64,000 nucleotides of DNA, from NCBI GenBank assembly GCA_963768425.1, contig CAVYHV010000014.1:1-64000 (forward strand), written 5' to 3'. Numbering within the stretch: position 1 is the stretch's first letter; each line of letters starts with the position of its first letter. The notes under the pieces were generated by a model. That model was not told the origin of the DNA and ran no database searches. It worked only from the letters and a program-made list of their open reading frames with translations. The translations under genes and the position numbers were made by a program. Origin of the DNA: Candidatus Bathyarchaeota archaeon (GTDB taxonomy: Archaea; Thermoproteota; Bathyarchaeia; Bathyarchaeales; Bathycorpusculaceae). This document shows, in pieces, positions 19,094-29,938 of the stretch.

Positions 19094-19545
19094 ATGTTGC
19101 AGGGGATTTTGAAAATGTGGATGCTAAAGATAATTTCAGAAAAGGAAGTTAGCGGTTACGAAATTATGAAGACAGTAAACGAGTTAACGGGTAAAAAACC
19201 CAGCACAGGATCAGTCTATCCTTTGTTGAAGTCAATGCAGAATGGGGGTTGGATAATTGGGAAAAAACTGGGTCTCAAGACTGTTTATCAAATCACTGAT
19301 TCAGGCAAGAAAGTTCTGGAAACACATGAAAACTTAAAAGACGACTATGTGCGAGAGAATTAGCAGGTCTTATTATCTGGCTCAAGATACTTTTACGGAT
19401 TTACACCTCGTTCTCAGCCATGATAGAGATTTGATAAATCCCCTCGTAACTGAAGTGTCAAAGTTGCTTGCAAACGGCATTCATCCACAAAAAATCAAAG
19501 GCAGTGCTTGGCAAGGCAATGATTGAGTTGGAAAAACTGGAATAA
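19094..19545 (+). CDS. PadR-family regulator (frameshifted near 19355)
   Basis: SGYEIMK..PSTGSVYPLL..YQITDSG. Confidence 0.75.
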
Positions 19546-19556
19546 TGTGACGATGC

Positions 19557-20522
19557 ATGGGAGATCCAATAATTTCAGTTGAAGGGCTCTGCTATAAATA
19601 CGATAAACTCGTTGCTGTTGACGATATCAGCTTCAATGTCGAAAAGGGAGAGATATTCTCGTTTCTTGGACCCAACGGTGCAGGAAAAACAACTACAATT
19701 AATTTGCTAATAACGTTGTTGCCGATTCAGAAAGGCAAGGTAACAATTGCAGGGTTTGATGCAGCAAAGGAACAGGATAGCGTTCGCAAATCCATAGGAG
19801 TTGTTTTCCAAGATCAAAGGCTCGATAGAGATCTCACCGTGTGGGAAACACTGGATTTTCATGGAAGAATATATAACCTTCCAAAAAACGTCCGAAGACC
19901 TCGAATAGATGAACTCATTGAGCTGGTCGAACTGACGGACAAAAGGAATGAGTTGGCTAAGAACCTTAGCGGCGGCATGAAGCGCCGTCTCGAAATCGCC
20001 AGAGGGCTTCTAATTAGACCAAAAATTCTGTTTCTCGACGAACCGACAATCGGTTTGGATACTCAAACAAGAAGGCGAATTTGGTCATACATAAAAAAAG
20101 TAAACGCAGAAGGCGTCACGATATTCCTCACCACTCATTACATGGATGAAGCAGACCAAAACAGCGACACCATCTGTATAATCGATAAAGGAAAGATAAT
20201 AGCAAACGGTTCATCCGAGAGCCTAAAGACCTCTCTTAGACAAGACCGAATCCAGCTCCAAACCGATAATGACGAGAAAGCTACCCAACTCATCAAAGAC
20301 GTACCTGGCATAAACCAAATTAGAAGCTCGTCTGAAGGATTGATTATTCATCTCAAAGAAAACGCACATTTGATACCGAAACTGATTGATATCCTAAGAA
20401 CAGAAGGGGTTGAAATCAGAAGCGTCAATCTGATGAAGCCCACTTTGGATGACGTTTTTATTCACTTCACGGGCAGGGGACTGGGCGACGTTGGCCAAGA
20501 AGGCTTTGGACCAAAACATTAA
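19557..20522 (+). CDS. ABC-2 exporter ATP-binding subunit (DrrA-like)
   Basis: GPNGAGKTT, LSGGM, LDEPT. Confidence 0.93.
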   Translation: MGDPIISVEGLCYKYDKLVAVDDISFNVEKGEIFSFLGPNGAGKTTTINLLITLLPIQKGKVTIAGFDAAKEQDSVRKSIGVVFQDQRLDRDLTVWETLDFHGRIYNLPKNVRRPRIDELIELVELTDKRNELAKNLSGGMKRRLEIARGLLIRPKILFLDEPTIGLDTQTRRRIWSYIKKVNAEGVTIFLTTHYMDEADQNSDTICIIDKGKIIANGSSESLKTSLRQDRIQLQTDNDEKATQLIKDVPGINQIRSSSEGLIIHLKENAHLIPKLIDILRTEGVEIRSVNLMKPTLDDVFIHFTGRGLGDVGQEGFGPKH

Positions 20523-20541
20523 CTGTAAAGGAGAATGATGC

Positions 20542-21381
20542 TTGATGGAAAACGGGTTTGTTGCAATTTATTGGCGGGACATGGTAAAATTCTTCCGTTC
20601 AAAGGCTCTTCTTTTTTCAGCTCTCATTCAGCCAGTGCTCTGGTTAGTTCTTTACGGGATATCGATGTCAAGCAACATCAACCTTTTCTTCCCCAGCGGC
20701 TCTAACCCACCCGGCGTAGTTTCTGCGAATTACATGACATTCATGGCGGCTGGCGTAGTAGGCATGACAATTCTCTTCACTTGCCTATATGCGGGCCAGA
20801 ACGTGCAATTCGATAAACAATACGGGTTGATGAAGTTGATTGTGGTTTCGCCTATGCCTCGTTCGCAGATACTTTTAGGGGTAACTTTAGGGGGCATTAC
20901 AAAAGCGTTGATCCAAACAGCCATTGTCATCGCGTTTGGATATGTTCTCGGAGTTCATTTCTTCTTGGGCTTAACAATTGCAGGTGCTCTAACGGCCATA
21001 GCAGGCGTGTTAACGTTTGCAGTATTGTTTTCGATGGGCTTGATGTTTCTCTCTACTGCTATCGCCATGAAGGTTAGAGATCATAATGTTAGTCAAGCCA
21101 TAATAACTCTTCTTACACTGCCACTCTTTTTTGCCAGCAACGCCCTCTATCCGCTAGATTCAATGCCGACAGCAATAAAAATTGCAAGCGACCTTAATCC
21201 TCTAACCCACTTCATAAATGGCATGCGCTATTTTGGGATAGGCTCGGATTTCTACTCTTTTGGAGTTCATTACTCCACTTCGCCTAAGACGCTTCTTATC
21301 TCGTTCGGATTTCTTGCCGGATTCACCCTTATCATGTTCTTAGCAGCAGTAAGGGCCTTTGAGACGACAAAAGAATTTTGA
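20542..21381 (+). CDS. ABC-2 exporter permease
   Basis: Six TMs, NPLTH motif. Confidence 0.9.
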   Translation: MMENGFVAIYWRDMVKFFRSKALLFSALIQPVLWLVLYGISMSSNINLFFPSGSNPPGVVSANYMTFMAAGVVGMTILFTCLYAGQNVQFDKQYGLMKLIVVSPMPRSQILLGVTLGGITKALIQTAIVIAFGYVLGVHFFLGLTIAGALTAIAGVLTFAVLFSMGLMFLSTAIAMKVRDHNVSQAIITLLTLPLFFASNALYPLDSMPTAIKIASDLNPLTHFINGMRYFGIGSDFYSFGVHYSTSPKTLLISFGFLAGFTLIMFLAAVRAFETTKEF

Positions 21382-21505
21382 GGAAAGTTGACAAAAAATG
21401 GTATACGTGAGCATATGCACGCGAACGCAGATTTTAAAGTGCTAACTTTTGCTGATCAGGAATAACTCTTCATCTGTCTTTTGCATGATTTCCCTGCCGG
21501 CTGCC

Positions 21506-21916
21506 TCAGCATGGTTGTTTGGAAGGTGATCTAAGAGATTCCAAAACATCGTTTCTAACAACTATGCTGATCCGTCGTTCACCTCTTACAAACTCTACTG
21601 AAACAACGTTGCTAGCTTTAACCTCAAGGTTGAACTTACCAGCGGTGCAGCCTGAGGAAAATTGAATACCATCTATGAAGCATGAATGTGGTGGATGAAG
21701 AGTGGTTTCCACTTTCGCGCTTAACTCAAAGTAGTCTTTACCGAGATAGTCTATGCCTGATAAGCCAGCTCTCAATCCTAAGATCAGAAAAGGACCGAGA
21801 TGACCATGAAACTTCACAGCACCTTCCAACAAATCCTTCGGCAACAATATGACAACCCTATTCTTTGAGTTAAGAACCAACTTTAATTTTAGGTTTTTCC
21901 CAGAGTGTCCTGACAT
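21506..21916 (-). CDS. FmdE-family protein
   Basis: FHGHLGPFLILG..SCFIDGIQFSSGCTAGK. Confidence 0.85.
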   Translation of the reverse strand: MSGHSGKNLKLKLVLNSKNRVVILLPKDLLEGAVKFHGHLGPFLILGLRAGLSGIDYLGKDYFELSAKVETTLHPPHSCFIDGIQFSSGCTAGKFNLEVKASNVVSVEFVRGERRISIVVRNDVLESLRSPSKQPC

Positions 21917-22464
21917 GGGGTTTCTGTAATTATATTTCTGGATTTTAGACCCCTAAGCAGTGAGAGACCTATAATAGCGCCAACTAATCCACCTAAAACA
22001 TGTAGCCCTGCAAATGTGACGAGTCCTCCTAAGAGAGTGATAAGACCCAGCGGCATGAATAGGACACCAATCACTGTTCCTGCTACCATGGATGAGAAAA
22101 GTGATGACGCTATTAGTCCTGCAGCGCCTATCTTTGATTTGACTCGTATGATTAGTCGGTAGCCCACAAGCCTTGTTGCTACGTCAAATACTACGCTGGC
22201 AGCCAGAAAGCCAAAAATGTAGGTAGAGGACGGGTAGACGATGAGAGTAATAAGCACCATAATTAATCCAGTTAATGTTGCCGCTCCAAATTTTCTTGTC
22301 AAACCTACGACTAGGATTAGAGCGGTTAACGCTACCATTTCGCATAGAAACGGTATCCCATTGAATATGCTGAAGAAGATTGGGAGAACAGTGTCATTCA
22401 TGGCTCCCCATAATGCTGCTATTATTGCTATAGTGGCTATTTCTCGAGTGCTGAAGTATGGCAT
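21889..22464 (-). CDS. ECF-type S-component-like membrane protein
   Basis: FSTREIATIAIIAALWG start, RKFGAATLTG, 5-6 TMs. Confidence 0.6.
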   Translation of the reverse strand: MPYFSTREIATIAIIAALWGAMNDTVLPIFFSIFNGIPFLCEMVALTALILVVGLTRKFGAATLTGLIMVLITLIVYPSSTYIFGFLAASVVFDVATRLVGYRLIIRVKSKIGAAGLIASSLFSSMVAGTVIGVLFMPLGLITLLGGLVTFAGLHVLGGLVGAIIGLSLLRGLKSRNIITETPCQDTLGKT

Positions 22465-22582
22465 ATTTACATTTCCTCCATCTAACAGTGTTACGTTTTT
22501 CAAATAAAGTGTTACCTTTATATTAATCTACCGCATAAATTACTCTTAAAATCTTTAAAAAGCCCAGGCAGATGACGAACAA

Positions 22583-22813
22583 ATGGATGATTTAATTACG
22601 CGAGAGGAAATGAAGGAAAGAGAATTAATACGAATATTCGAAGCTATTGAGGGAGAATTAAACTTAATTACAGCAAGCGCCAAACTCAATTATACAATAA
22701 ACAAAACCCACGAAAAAGAGACCGAAATCATACTCGCCTATAACGAGGACACAGAAAAACTTGTTCAAATTCTAAAAAAGCGAATAAAGCTCCTATGGGA
22801 AGTTACCAGCTAA
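22583..22813 (+). CDS. Hypothetical protein
   Basis: 76 aa ORF after TTTAAA box. Confidence 0.45.
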   Translation: MDDLITREEMKERELIRIFEAIEGELNLITASAKLNYTINKTHEKETEIILAYNEDTEKLVQILKKRIKLLWEVTS

Positions 22814-22919
22814 AAAACTTACCAACCAATCGTTAAGCCGATAAACTATGAATGGCTATGTGTCAGGAAGTTTGCGGCTTGTATTCTATTGTTGCCTAGT
22901 TTTCTTTTGGTTCAGCATT

Positions 22920-24017
22920 TTATTTAGTTGTCGGGCTGGTGCAGGGATTTATTGGAGATTGCCCCGCTTGGTTTAGCGTGAACTGCTTATCATATCGTTT
23001 GTATCGCCAGTATCCGTAGGCAACCACCCAAGATAGAACGAAGATGAGAACTATACCGAAACCTATCGATTCAAAATTCAGTCCGTTTAGCCAGCCCCAA
23101 AACAACCCGCTAAAGTTCAATTCACTCGAAAGCACCTGCAAAAGCTCCACGGTACCAATCGCCCACGCAACAAGCACGGACATGATCGTTACTGTCAAAT
23201 TATAGTATATCTTGCGTATGGGATTATTGAAAGCCCAACCGTAAGCTACTCTCATCGTAATGCCATCTGAAGTATCTACCATGACCATGCCGCACGTGAA
23301 CATTAACGGAAGAATCAGAATGTAATATAGAGGAATATTTGAGGAAACGCCTACTCCTACACTTATGGCGATGAGGGCAACTTCGCTTGCGGTATCAAAG
23401 CCTAAACCAAAAAGTACACCGATTGGGTAGATCTGCCAAGGTTCGGTTACGATTTTGAAAAGTGGACGGAAAAATCTATTCATGAAACCACGTTTTTCAA
23501 GCAGGTTGTCGAGTTCAGACTGATTTAGTTTACCTTGCTTTAGTGTTTGGAAGATTTTGTAGATTCCAACCACTATGACAGCGTTAATTAAGCCTATAAT
23601 CCAAAGAAAACCGCCAGATACTAGGGTTCCGATTACTGCGCCGGTACTTTGAAGAGCAGGAATATTACTTGCGATGGCCCGCGTTGCCAAGACTAAACCC
23701 ACTATGAGACCAACAACTATCGTGGAATGCCCAAGAGAAAACCACATTCCAACAGTGCAAGGGCGCTTCCCTTCCTGTATCAATTTTCTTGTCGTGTTAT
23801 CGATAGCTGCTATGTGGTCAGCGTCAACACCGTGACGCAACCCAAAGACATAGCAAATTAATCCGAGGCCTGCAAGAACCACAGCGATTTTTCCAATAAT
23901 GAATGATGTAATAAAACCAAACACGGTAACAGTTAGGATAGTAGCTAAAATTATGCCCACTTTGACTTTCTCGTTGCGTGAAAGACCGAAATCAGAGTTT
24001 TTTTCCGTTAACTTCAA
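22920..24017 (-). CDS. HoxN/NixA (NiCoT) nickel/cobalt permease
   Basis: GLRHGVDADHIAAIDN, FSLGHSTIV, LFGLGFDTASE. Confidence 0.95.
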   Translation of the reverse strand: MKLTEKNSDFGLSRNEKVKVGIILATILTVTVFGFITSFIIGKIAVVLAGLGLICYVFGLRHGVDADHIAAIDNTTRKLIQEGKRPCTVGMWFSLGHSTIVVGLIVGLVLATRAIASNIPALQSTGAVIGTLVSGGFLWIIGLINAVIVVGIYKIFQTLKQGKLNQSELDNLLEKRGFMNRFFRPLFKIVTEPWQIYPIGVLFGLGFDTASEVALIAISVGVGVSSNIPLYYILILPLMFTCGMVMVDTSDGITMRVAYGWAFNNPIRKIYYNLTVTIMSVLVAWAIGTVELLQVLSSELNFSGLFWGWLNGLNFESIGFGIVLIFVLSWVVAYGYWRYKRYDKQFTLNQAGQSPINPCTSPTTK

Positions 24018-24025
24018 ACTCCCCC

Positions 24026-24057
24026 CAGTAACACTTTCCTTCGCATTAGTGCTACTG
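24026..24057. promoter_or_regulatory. Candidate NikR operator
   Basis: CAGTAACACT-N12-AGTGCTACTG inverted repeat between divergent NiCoT and nikR. Confidence 0.6.
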
Positions 24058-24103
24058 AATGTATAAAAGCTTTTAGGTGCAAAACGCCCACATTTATCAG
24101 GCG

Positions 24104-24520
24104 ATGTCTATGTCAAAAATTACACGTGCAGGCGTAACGTTCCCACCTGAGCTCCTTAAAGACTTCGACGAAATAATAGGCAAAATGGGTTACGAAAGCC
24201 GCAGCAAAGCAATACAAGATGCGGTAAGGGTGTTCGTTTCTGAACGCAAATGGCTAAAAGAAGATGAAAACGCCCAGCAAACAGGAGTTTTAGTAATGGT
24301 TTACGACCATGACATACACGACCTTGAAAGCGACCTAACTGAAACACAACATCAACACTCAAACCTTGTAACATCTACAATGCACATTCACATAAGCGAA
24401 CGCGACTGCCTAGAAGCCATAGCCGTGAAGGGCAAAGCCGGCGAAATCCGCCACTTAAGTGATCAGTTAGCAACAAAAAGAGGCGTGAAAATTCTAAAAA
24501 ACGTAATCGTCACCACTTAG
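24104..24520 (+). CDS. nikR: Nickel-responsive regulator NikR
   Basis: RHH N-terminus, YDH, QH, HIH..CLE ligands. Confidence 0.93.
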   Translation: MSMSKITRAGVTFPPELLKDFDEIIGKMGYESRSKAIQDAVRVFVSERKWLKEDENAQQTGVLVMVYDHDIHDLESDLTETQHQHSNLVTSTMHIHISERDCLEAIAVKGKAGEIRHLSDQLATKRGVKILKNVIVTT

Positions 24521-25022
24521 CACCAAATTTAGCTTTTAGCACGCACTAGCGAGCGATAGCACAAATTAACACAAACTAATCGAGTTAGCAACAAGCTGGC
24601 AATACATTTGTAGGATTTTTGCAACATCTAGTTTAAGCAAAACCATCTATGTATTCCAGCCCTTTTTCCCTATAGCAACAGGCGGAAAAAAATGAGGAAA
24701 AGGATGCCTCATCTCTTTGTTGTAAGCACACGCTGTGTGTGTTGTGTTGTATGTGTGTGAGTGGGTGTGTATAGGTGGGTATGTTTGAGTTTGGTTTGTG
24801 GTCAAGATAGTAAATGTGTTTGTAAATGTCTTCCAATATACAGCGAACTAATAGATGGCAATCTTACTGATGCAGAAACAGACATTGTTAACGGCATCAA
24901 TGCTGTCAAGCAGAACGCTCCCCAAGCAGCACAAGAAGCAAAAAATGCAACAGGAACTTAGAATTTTCTCTTTTCTTTTTTTGTTAAACCAAGAGGTTAG
25001 ACTTGATTGAAAAAATAGTTGC

Positions 25023-25991
25023 CTAATCGGGCAACTCAAGATTCAATTGTTTTTTGAGTGTTTTGTAGCGGTTGCGTACAGTAACTTCAGTTACGCCAGC
25101 AGCTTCAGCAATATCTTTTTGAGTCTTTTTCTCGTTGTTTTGTAAGCAAGCAATGTAGAGAGCAGCGGCTGCTAAACCCATGGGGTCTTTTCCAGCTGCA
25201 GCACGCTTGCGCCTTGCGTCTCTGAGAATTTGGATGGCTGCACCTTGGGTTTTGCCTGAAATGCCAGTTTTCTCAGCGATCTTCGAGACATATGTTAGTG
25301 GGTCAGCAATAGGCATGTGCAAGTCAAGCTGACACAATAATAGTCTATAGCATCTTGAAACATCTTTCTTGTCGACGAGGCTGGCTTCAGCAATTTCCCG
25401 TAATGTGCGTGGGGTTCCGCTTGCCCGGCAAGCAGCATAAAGCGCAGCAGCAGCGATAGCGGCAATTGATCTTCCTCGGACAAGGCCTTTGTCTAAGGCT
25501 TTTCGGTAAACAACGGCGGCTTTTTCTTTGACTGATGGTGGAATGTAGAGTTTGTCTGAAAGCCTATCGAGTTCCGCCATGGCTTGGGCAAGGTTTCTGT
25601 CGATGGATGAGTGCACTCGGCTTCGTATTTGCCATTTCCTAAGACGCCACATCTGCAGCCTTGTCGCCAAGGGCAGTTTTCTCCCAAACGCATCTCGGTC
25701 AACTTGGCTGATGGCTGTGGATAATCCTTTGTCGTGAACGGAGTATGATGTGGGTACTCCAACTCGGCTTCTTGACGCTTTCTCCTCTTGGGTAAACGCG
25801 CGCCATTCTGGCCCTTTATCCATCATTTGCTCGTAGAGGACCAAGCCGCAGTCACCACAAACAGTTTCTCCAGTGTCATAATCGTGGACCAGTTTGTCGC
25901 TACTGCACTCTGGGCACTTGTCGGACAAGCGGGTCTGTGTTTTAGTTACTTCTTTTTTGCTCATTTTTTTTAACTCCTTTTCAACCTGCAT
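25023..25991 (-). CDS. tfb: Transcription initiation factor IIB
   Basis: CPEC..CGDC Zn ribbon, GPEWRAF, two cyclin repeats, TEVTVRNRYK. Confidence 0.97.
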   Translation of the reverse strand: MQVEKELKKMSKKEVTKTQTRLSDKCPECSSDKLVHDYDTGETVCGDCGLVLYEQMMDKGPEWRAFTQEEKASRSRVGVPTSYSVHDKGLSTAISQVDRDAFGRKLPLATRLQMWRLRKWQIRSRVHSSIDRNLAQAMAELDRLSDKLYIPPSVKEKAAVVYRKALDKGLVRGRSIAAIAAAALYAACRASGTPRTLREIAEASLVDKKDVSRCYRLLLCQLDLHMPIADPLTYVSKIAEKTGISGKTQGAAIQILRDARRKRAAAGKDPMGLAAAALYIACLQNNEKKTQKDIAEAAGVTEVTVRNRYKTLKKQLNLELPD

Positions 25992-26229
25992 AGAATCGTC
26001 TAGTGAGTCGTCTATGCAACAATTTTCCTAGAAAAACAGTATATTCGACCTACGCAAATTAGACGAATTTACTGTTTTGCCATTATTATGTTAATACTTT
26101 GGAGATTAATATGCATATTGTACCCAATATTTTCAAATTATCATAAACATAGGCTGCAATATGATGTAATTAGTATAAGCAGCTATGAGTGTGCCTTGAG
26201 CCTAAACTTGTTAAGAGAATACTGTAGTC

Positions 26230-26957
26230 TTACTCGTTTAACATTTCAGCGAATAGGCGCCGTTCCGCTCTTCTCAGAAGAACAGCTAAAGTAGAACTCG
26301 CAAGACCAAGCTTTGCTGCCAACTCATCTGCGCTTACTTTTCTGGGCGTATCAAAGTAGCCGAGCCTAAACGCTAAGGAAATGGCTTCTTGTTGTTTTTC
26401 GGTTAAGCGGCTAATCGGCGAATTAGGCGAGAATTTAGCGTCCGTTAGCGACAGCACCTTAAAGTTAACCCCGCGGTTTTCAAGGAACGCCTTAACCTGC
26501 TCGTTATCTCCGACAAGGGTAACTCTAACTTTTCCATCCCTGACAGCAAAAGGCAACAGGGGGTACATTCCGCTTCTGTTAGGTGACTCTGAACTTGGCT
26601 GAACCGTTTTTCCCTTGATAAAATAGGTGCAAGTGTCTCTATCCTGTTCTAAAAGCTGATATTCGACGTTGAGATTTTGAAGGAGTATTTTAAGAGTTCT
26701 TCAACTTCCAAAGAGTTATCCTTGGGCTCTAATCTGAATATTGCAGCCGTTTCAGAGGAATCAAATCTTAAAATGTGAAGCACCTCAAATGATTTGATTT
26801 TTTTAATTGTCTCAAGCCTGTTCAATTCAGTCAATTCAGCTTTTTTGACTAGTCCTGAATCGACCTGCTCTCCGTACTCTTTGAGTTTCTCGATTTCTCT
26901 ATCCTTAATTCTTTTAATTGCTTCGTTAATTGACCACTCTATAACTAACCTGCGCAT
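26230..26957 (-). CDS. HTH-10 (bacterio-opsin activator-like) regulator, split by indels
   Basis: LTEKQ..AFRLGYFDTPRKV..LRRAE C-terminus; N-terminal part in ORF 26649..26957. Confidence 0.7.
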
Positions 26958-27072
26958 ACGTTTTACATCATTCTGTTAAATAAATAATTATCGCAACAGC
27001 GAATAAGCTCGCTATAAAATTAATAAGACATGCCGCCATTTAGTTAAAGACAAAAAGTTCGGAAGATATAAA

Positions 27073-27927
27073 ATGAAAGAATTTGAGAAAATTAGCCCAA
27101 CTGCTAAACTTGTAGCTTATTCAAGAACGTTTACTGACATTCCCTTTGCAAAAGAGATTGCAATTAAAAGTAACGCTAAACAATCCTTCGAAGAACAGAC
27201 TGGGGATATTCGGGGATCTCCTATCTGGGAAGCACGGTATAAAGTCACTGACAAAATCATCAAAGAACATGGCATAACTCAAGTTTTAGAGATTGCCGCT
27301 GGACTGTCTCCTCGTGGTTTATCGATGACAAGAAATTCCGATGTCGTATATGTAGCAACTGATTTGCCTCAAATTCTGGAAGAAGAAAAGGAAATTGCTC
27401 AGTCAATTCTTGCTCAGTCAAATGAATCACATCCGAATCTCCACTTTCAAGCAGCAAATGCTCTTGACATGGAGAGTTTATCGAAGGCTGTTGCTTTTTT
27501 CAAAAAAGACAAATCTCTTGCCGTTATCACCGAAGGACTTTTACCGTATTTTTCAATGGAAGAAAAACATACCTTAGCTAAAAACATCCATAAAATATTC
27601 AGCGAATATTCTGGCTGTTGGATTACTAACGAGGTTTATAGCAAGGACACACTAAAAAAAATGAGTCAATCAGCAGATAATTTTGCTAAAAATCGTATGA
27701 AACAGGACCAGTACAATATTTTGTCCGGAAACAATGTTTTCGCCGATGAGGCTGAAATAAAAAGATTCTTTGAAAAAGAAGGGTTTAAAATTGAAAAATA
27801 TCCTCATTCAAAAATTTTCGGAGACTTAACGTCGGTAAAAAACTTGGGTCTTAGTGAAGAAGAGATAGTAAAAATAAAGCAAATTCTGGATATTAAAGAT
27901 ACACTGGTTTTAACGCCATCTTACTGA
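27073..27927 (+). CDS. SAM-dependent methyltransferase (LCM-like)
   Basis: VLEIAAGLSPRG, TDLP, ITEGLLPYF. Confidence 0.85.
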   Translation: MKEFEKISPTAKLVAYSRTFTDIPFAKEIAIKSNAKQSFEEQTGDIRGSPIWEARYKVTDKIIKEHGITQVLEIAAGLSPRGLSMTRNSDVVYVATDLPQILEEEKEIAQSILAQSNESHPNLHFQAANALDMESLSKAVAFFKKDKSLAVITEGLLPYFSMEEKHTLAKNIHKIFSEYSGCWITNEVYSKDTLKKMSQSADNFAKNRMKQDQYNILSGNNVFADEAEIKRFFEKEGFKIEKYPHSKIFGDLTSVKNLGLSEEEIVKIKQILDIKDTLVLTPSY

Positions 27928-28049
27928 TATTATGTTAATGTAATAAAGGTAAATTAGCACCTTTTTTTTATAAATTTAATTCAACATTGAGAATTCGATT
28001 TTTTCTCGATTCATCAAAAGGTTTATTAACACTATCGATTATTCGATGC

Positions 28050-28065
28050 ATCGATTAAACGATAT
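28050..28065. promoter_or_regulatory. Operator shared with padR promoter (30208-30223)
   Basis: Identical ATCGATTAAACGATAT downstream of AAAAGGTTTATTA in both promoters. Confidence 0.7.
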
Positions 28066-28082
28066 CGAATAGGCGATAATAA

Positions 28083-29123
28083 ATGTCTAACCAAACTGAA
28101 ACTCAGGTTGAAAACCTAAAGAAACTATCTACAACAAAAAGACAAAGTGCTCTGGCCGTAGAAGCAAAGGGGCTCGTCAAAATTTTTGGCGATAATCGTG
28201 CAGTTGATGGCGTAGATTTAGCCATACCGACAGGCAGCATATATGGCTTACTTGGACCAAACGGTGCAGGTAAGACAACAACCATCAATATGCTTGCGAC
28301 ACTACTAAAGCCAGACAGCGGCACCGCTAAAATATTTGGCCATGACGTACAGCGTGAAGCACAAATCGTTCGTCAGCTAATCAGTGTAACTGACCAAGAT
28401 GCTGCTCTTGACGAGAAACTATCCGCAGCCGAGAACTTGAGAATCTTTGGAATGTTACTTGGATTAAGTACATCTCAAGCACGCAAGAGAACCACAGAGT
28501 TACTAGAAGAATTTGGGTTAACCGAAGCTGCCAACCGACCAGTCGAGAAATTCTCGGGAGGCATGAGACACAAGCTCGATTTCGCAGCAAGCCTCATCGT
28601 GCAATCACCGCTCATTTTTCTGGATGAGCCCACAACCGGACTTGACCCACGGACAAGAAATCAAATGTGGAAAATTATCCGACAAATTGCTTCGTCTGGG
28701 TCCACGATTCTCTTAACGACTCAGTATCTCGATGAAGCCGACCAACTTGCTGACCGAATCGTCGTTATCGACCATGGACATGTAGTGGCTGAAGGCACAC
28801 CTAACGAGTTAAAAGCCAAAGTCGGAAGCGCAACGTTGCACCTACGACTCGAAAACGAGAAAGATAACGCAAAAGCAATGAGCATAGTTCAAACAGTACT
28901 TAACGCAAAAGCATCTACAAACGAGCCCACACTCATCACAGCTCCCATGGCAGATCCTGAACGAGTAACCGATTTACTCCTCGCTCTGCGTCAAGGAAAT
29001 ATTCGCCTTTCTAGAGTGAACGTGCAAGAACCAACTCTAGACGAAGTTTTCCTCACCCTTACCGGTGAAAGCAAACATGAACATGAAAGCAAGCAAACCC
29101 AAATAGGAGCGAACAAGAAATGA
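28083..29123 (+). CDS. ABC-2 exporter ATP-binding subunit (DrrA-like)
   Basis: GPNGAGKTT, FSGGM, LDEPTTGLDP. Confidence 0.93.
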   Translation: MSNQTETQVENLKKLSTTKRQSALAVEAKGLVKIFGDNRAVDGVDLAIPTGSIYGLLGPNGAGKTTTINMLATLLKPDSGTAKIFGHDVQREAQIVRQLISVTDQDAALDEKLSAAENLRIFGMLLGLSTSQARKRTTELLEEFGLTEAANRPVEKFSGGMRHKLDFAASLIVQSPLIFLDEPTTGLDPRTRNQMWKIIRQIASSGSTILLTTQYLDEADQLADRIVVIDHGHVVAEGTPNELKAKVGSATLHLRLENEKDNAKAMSIVQTVLNAKASTNEPTLITAPMADPERVTDLLLALRQGNIRLSRVNVQEPTLDEVFLTLTGESKHEHESKQTQIGANKK

Positions 29124-29938
29124 CAACAAAAATTGTTCCAGGCGTTGAACGCAAACTAAAGAACCGCACAAGCATTCCTATGACTATCCGGAACTCATTA
29201 ACCATGGCTTATCGTCATCTGCTTCTAATTCGCCGAAACCCTGAACAACTTTTTGACGTTATCATACAACCCATTTTGTTCACGCTCTTGTTTACCTTCC
29301 TCTTTGGAGGTGCAGTCTCGGGCAACATCATTAGTTATCTACCAATAATTATACCAGGCATCATGGTCCAGACTGCGTTAACAGCCACCATGGCTATGGG
29401 CGTGCAACTCCGCGAGGATATGGAGAAGGGCGTGTTCAATCGTTTCAAATCTCTTCCAATCTCACACGAAGCCCCCTTAACTGGAGCAGCGATAGCAGAC
29501 TTGCTACGCTACAGCATCGCCACCTCTCTGGTTCTAGTCATGGGTTATATTCTTGGTTTCCGATGGGTTAGTATTGGGGGTGTTGTTGGTGGCGGCCTTC
29601 TGGTTATTCTGGCTGCCTGGTGTATCAGCTGGATATTTGCTTTGATGGGCGTCATCGGTAATTCAGCATCCAGTGTGCAGGGAATCTCTTTTGCCATAAT
29701 GTTTCCGCTAACTTTCCTATCCAATGCCTTTGTACCTACCAACACACTGCCCAACTGGTTGCAAACATTCGTCAAGTTAAATCCAGTAACCTATCTTGTT
29801 GATGCTATTCGACAGCTTTTCAACCAAGGCACTATCGGTAACGACTTCTGGCTATCACTCATCGGAATAGGGGTAATTGTGGCTATATTCGTGCCCCTCA
29901 CTGTAGCCGCCTACATGCGAAAAATACAATCAGAATAG
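29120..29938 (+). CDS. ABC-2 exporter permease (DrrB-like)
   Basis: FDVIIQP, RFKSLPI, NPVTY. Confidence 0.92.
   Translation: MTTKIVPGVERKLKNRTSIPMTIRNSLTMAYRHLLLIRRNPEQLFDVIIQPILFTLLFTFLFGGAVSGNIISYLPIIIPGIMVQTALTATMAMGVQLREDMEKGVFNRFKSLPISHEAPLTGAAIADLLRYSIATSLVLVMGYILGFRWVSIGGVVGGGLLVILAAWCISWIFALMGVIGNSASSVQGISFAIMFPLTFLSNAFVPTNTLPNWLQTFVKLNPVTYLVDAIRQLFNQGTIGNDFWLSLIGIGVIVAIFVPLTVAAYMRKIQSE

Noticed and set aside
24720-24830. GT-rich low-complexity tract as microsatellite or telomere-like DNA
   Set aside because: Irregular, interrupts an apparent gene fragment; resembles low-quality basecalls
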